A DNA stretch of 64,000 nucleotides. It comes from Bryobacterales bacterium. Its GTDB lineage: Bacteria; Acidobacteriota; Terriglobia; Bryobacterales; UBA6623. The DNA lies in contig OY729427.2 in NCBI GenBank assembly GCA_963422375.2, positions 768,001 to 832,000 of the forward strand, given 5' to 3'. The translations under genes were made by a program, and so were the position numbers. Shown piece by piece: positions 62,126 through 64,000 of the stretch (positions are counted from its first letter, which is position 1; each line of letters opens with the position of its first letter). Under the pieces are notes generated by a model that ran no database searches, was not told the DNA's origin, and worked only from the letters and a program-made list of their open reading frames with translations.

Positions 62126-62347
62126 ATGGCAAAAGAAGAGGGCATCGAGGTCACCGGCACGATAATCGAGCGGCATCCGGGCGGCATCTTCAGCGTGGAA
62201 CTCGATGACAAGCACAAGGTTCTCGCTCAGATCGCCGGCAAGCTGCGCAAGCACCGCATCCGGATCCTAACCGGGGACCGCGTCAACGTGGAGCTGTCCC
62301 CCTACGACCTCACCCGCGGCCGTATCGTCTACCGCTATCGAAGCTGA
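62126..62347 (+). CDS. infA: Translation initiation factor IF-1
   Basis: [42 protein letters not shown]. Confidence 0.97.
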   Translation: MAKEEGIEVTGTIIERHPGGIFSVELDDKHKVLAQIAGKLRKHRIRILTGDRVNVELSPYDLTRGRIVYRYRS

Positions 62348-62410
62348 GGCGGCACGGGTCCATCGGGTCCACGGGGGCCGGACGGCGCGGGCGCGATAGT
62401 CTGGACGCTT

Positions 62411-62896
62411 ATGAGGCTGTTCGTGCTGCGCCACGCCATCGCGGAGGAGCCTCGGGCGGGCAAGCCGGACTCTGCGAGGCAGCTTACGGAGCCCGGCAGA
62501 GCCAAGGCCCGGCGCATGCTAGCGCACGCGCGAAGCGTCGGCGTCCGTCCCGCATCCATTCTGTCGAGTCCGTACCGGCGTGCCGCGCAGACCGCCGAGA
62601 TCGCATGCGCGGAACTGCAGCACCCGCACCCTGCCATCGAGACGCGCTCCCTGCTCCCCTACGTCAGCCTGTTCGACCTCTGGGAGGAGATTCGCGCGCA
62701 GGCGGCCGCCGGAGACGTAATGGTCGTCGGCCACAATCCCCAGCTGAGTTCGCTGACCGCCGCCCTGCTCGGAGCCCGGTCGGACGCCCTCTGGCTGAAG
62801 AAATCCGGCCTCGTCGCGCTGGACCTGGGCGCAGCGGGCAGCAACCCGCGCGCCTCTCTCTTGTGGCTGCTCACACCCGGCTCGGTCGGTCGCTGA
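62411..62896 (+). CDS. sixA: Phosphohistidine phosphatase
   Basis: LRHAIA, D..R.LT..G, SSPY.RA.QTA, VVGHNP. Confidence 0.9.
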   Translation: MRLFVLRHAIAEEPRAGKPDSARQLTEPGRAKARRMLAHARSVGVRPASILSSPYRRAAQTAEIACAELQHPHPAIETRSLLPYVSLFDLWEEIRAQAAAGDVMVVGHNPQLSSLTAALLGARSDALWLKKSGLVALDLGAAGSNPRASLLWLLTPGSVGR

Positions 62897-62920
62897 TCCG
62901 TCGCGCAGGCCTCGACCCCG

Positions 62921-63559
62921 ATGCGGGACCGTTTCGCGGAGCTCCACCTCCCGCTCGCTAGGTTCTTCCGCGGCCGCCGCCTGCGCCGCTTCGCGCGGGC
63001 GTTCGACGTCAGCGAGTCCACCACCGTGCTCGACCTAGGCGGGAGCGAGTACTACTGGGCGTGGGTCGCGCCCCTTCCCAAGGTCACCGTGGCGAACCTG
63101 GAAGCACGCGACATACGTCGGGAACGGCTGCCGTGGGTCCGCGCGGACGGGCGGCTGCTCCCGTTCGCGGACCGGGCGTTCGACATAGTGTTCTGCAACT
63201 CGGTGATAGAGCACCTGCCTGACGAGCGCAGCAGGAAGCTGCTGGCCGGGGAGATCGCGCGCGTCGGGCGGGGCTACTGCGTGCAGACGCCGAACCGCTG
63301 GTTCCCGGTCGAGCCCCACACTCTCACGCCCGGGTTCCAGTTCCTCCCCCGGGGCTGGCAGGCCGGCTTGGCGCGAAACTTCACCGTGTGGGGCTGGCTC
63401 CGGCGCCCGGACCGCGTCGAGGCGCGGGGATTCGTCGAGAGCACGAACCTGCTGTCCGCCAAGAAACTTGTCCGGCTATTCCCGGACGCCCGGATCGACC
63501 GGGAGCGCTTTCTCGGCCTCACCAAGTCGATAAGCGCGGTCCGCAGCCGACGCGACTAG
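62921..63559 (+). CDS. Class I SAM-dependent methyltransferase
   Basis: VLDLGG, ADG..LPF.D..FDIVFCNSVIEH, VQTPNRWFPVEPH. Confidence 0.9.
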   Translation: MRDRFAELHLPLARFFRGRRLRRFARAFDVSESTTVLDLGGSEYYWAWVAPLPKVTVANLEARDIRRERLPWVRADGRLLPFADRAFDIVFCNSVIEHLPDERSRKLLAGEIARVGRGYCVQTPNRWFPVEPHTLTPGFQFLPRGWQAGLARNFTVWGWLRRPDRVEARGFVESTNLLSAKKLVRLFPDARIDRERFLGLTKSISAVRSRRD

Positions 63560-64000
63560 AATCCGGATCGGTAGCTCTCCGAGGGAAGCGCACGGCGGAC
63601 GACCTAAGATTCTGAAGCGCCGGATCGCCGTGCTCGGCGACCGCCCGCAACAAGCCGAGAATCCTGGCGTGAGCTCCCTCTCGTCCGGCGCGTGGATATC
63701 CGCGCTCGCACGAATTGAATTCGGCGTCCGGGGACTGGCTCCTGTCCGGAACCGAAGCGGGAGGCGCAGGAGACCCGGCGCTCTCTCGACGCCATACCGA
63801 GCGCAATCCGAGCCTCGCACCCGAGCCGCTCCGACTCGTCAAACAGGCCATGGCCGGAGCGTCCGGAGAAGCGCGCCGGCCATTGGCGGCAGCAAGCAAT
63901 GCCGGGCTTGGCGAACCCCTGCGACGGACTGAGTACACGAGCGGGTCACCCTTGTAAAGGGAATTATTTATCTGAGTGCCGAGGCAGCGGATTTGGCAAG

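Noticed and set aside
63560..64000. ORFs or ncRNA at the right edge, and in spacers 42900-43270 and 44350-44740
   Set aside because: No recognisable motif, codon bias or RNA family; left unannotated

Overview
This is a high-GC bacterial chromosomal window. It is most likely Acidobacteriota (Bryobacterales-like), inferred from the TIGR03437-type protein, carboxypeptidase-domain TonB receptors and DUF1549/1553 plus DUF1501 genes; no marker gene was tested. It holds about 50 genes and no rRNA, tRNA or CRISPR array that I can see. Housekeeping genes are purC, dapA, glyA, an acyl-CoA carboxylase beta subunit, ndk-sucD-sucC, trpD, infA and sixA. The accessory modules are: (i) a TonB-dependent receptor (frameshifted here) with a TIGR03437-domain partner; (ii) a MarR-cytochrome P450-DUF3311-sodium:solute symporter operon divergent from pcaDCHGB, a candidate new P450 route into protocatechuate; (iii) a group of Tat-exported proteins; (iv) a three-subunit molybdenum hydroxylase; (v) an ECF sigma factor, an anti-sigma with two tandem zinc (ZAS) domains, and a TonB receptor; (vi) a lower-GC island with a decayed Schlafen/AlbA_2-HATPase gene, interrupted by a 254-bp MITE and coupled to a ParA with a dead Walker A motif; (vii) a solitary RuvC-degenerate TnpB; and (viii) a bactofilin-methyltransferase-TPR operon. 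Three patterns run across the window: many genes look leaderless (-10 box 5-9 nt before the start codon), there are several small microhomology-type deletions, and there may be a CCWGG methylation/deamination footprint. All calls come from motif recognition by eye; no database search was run.
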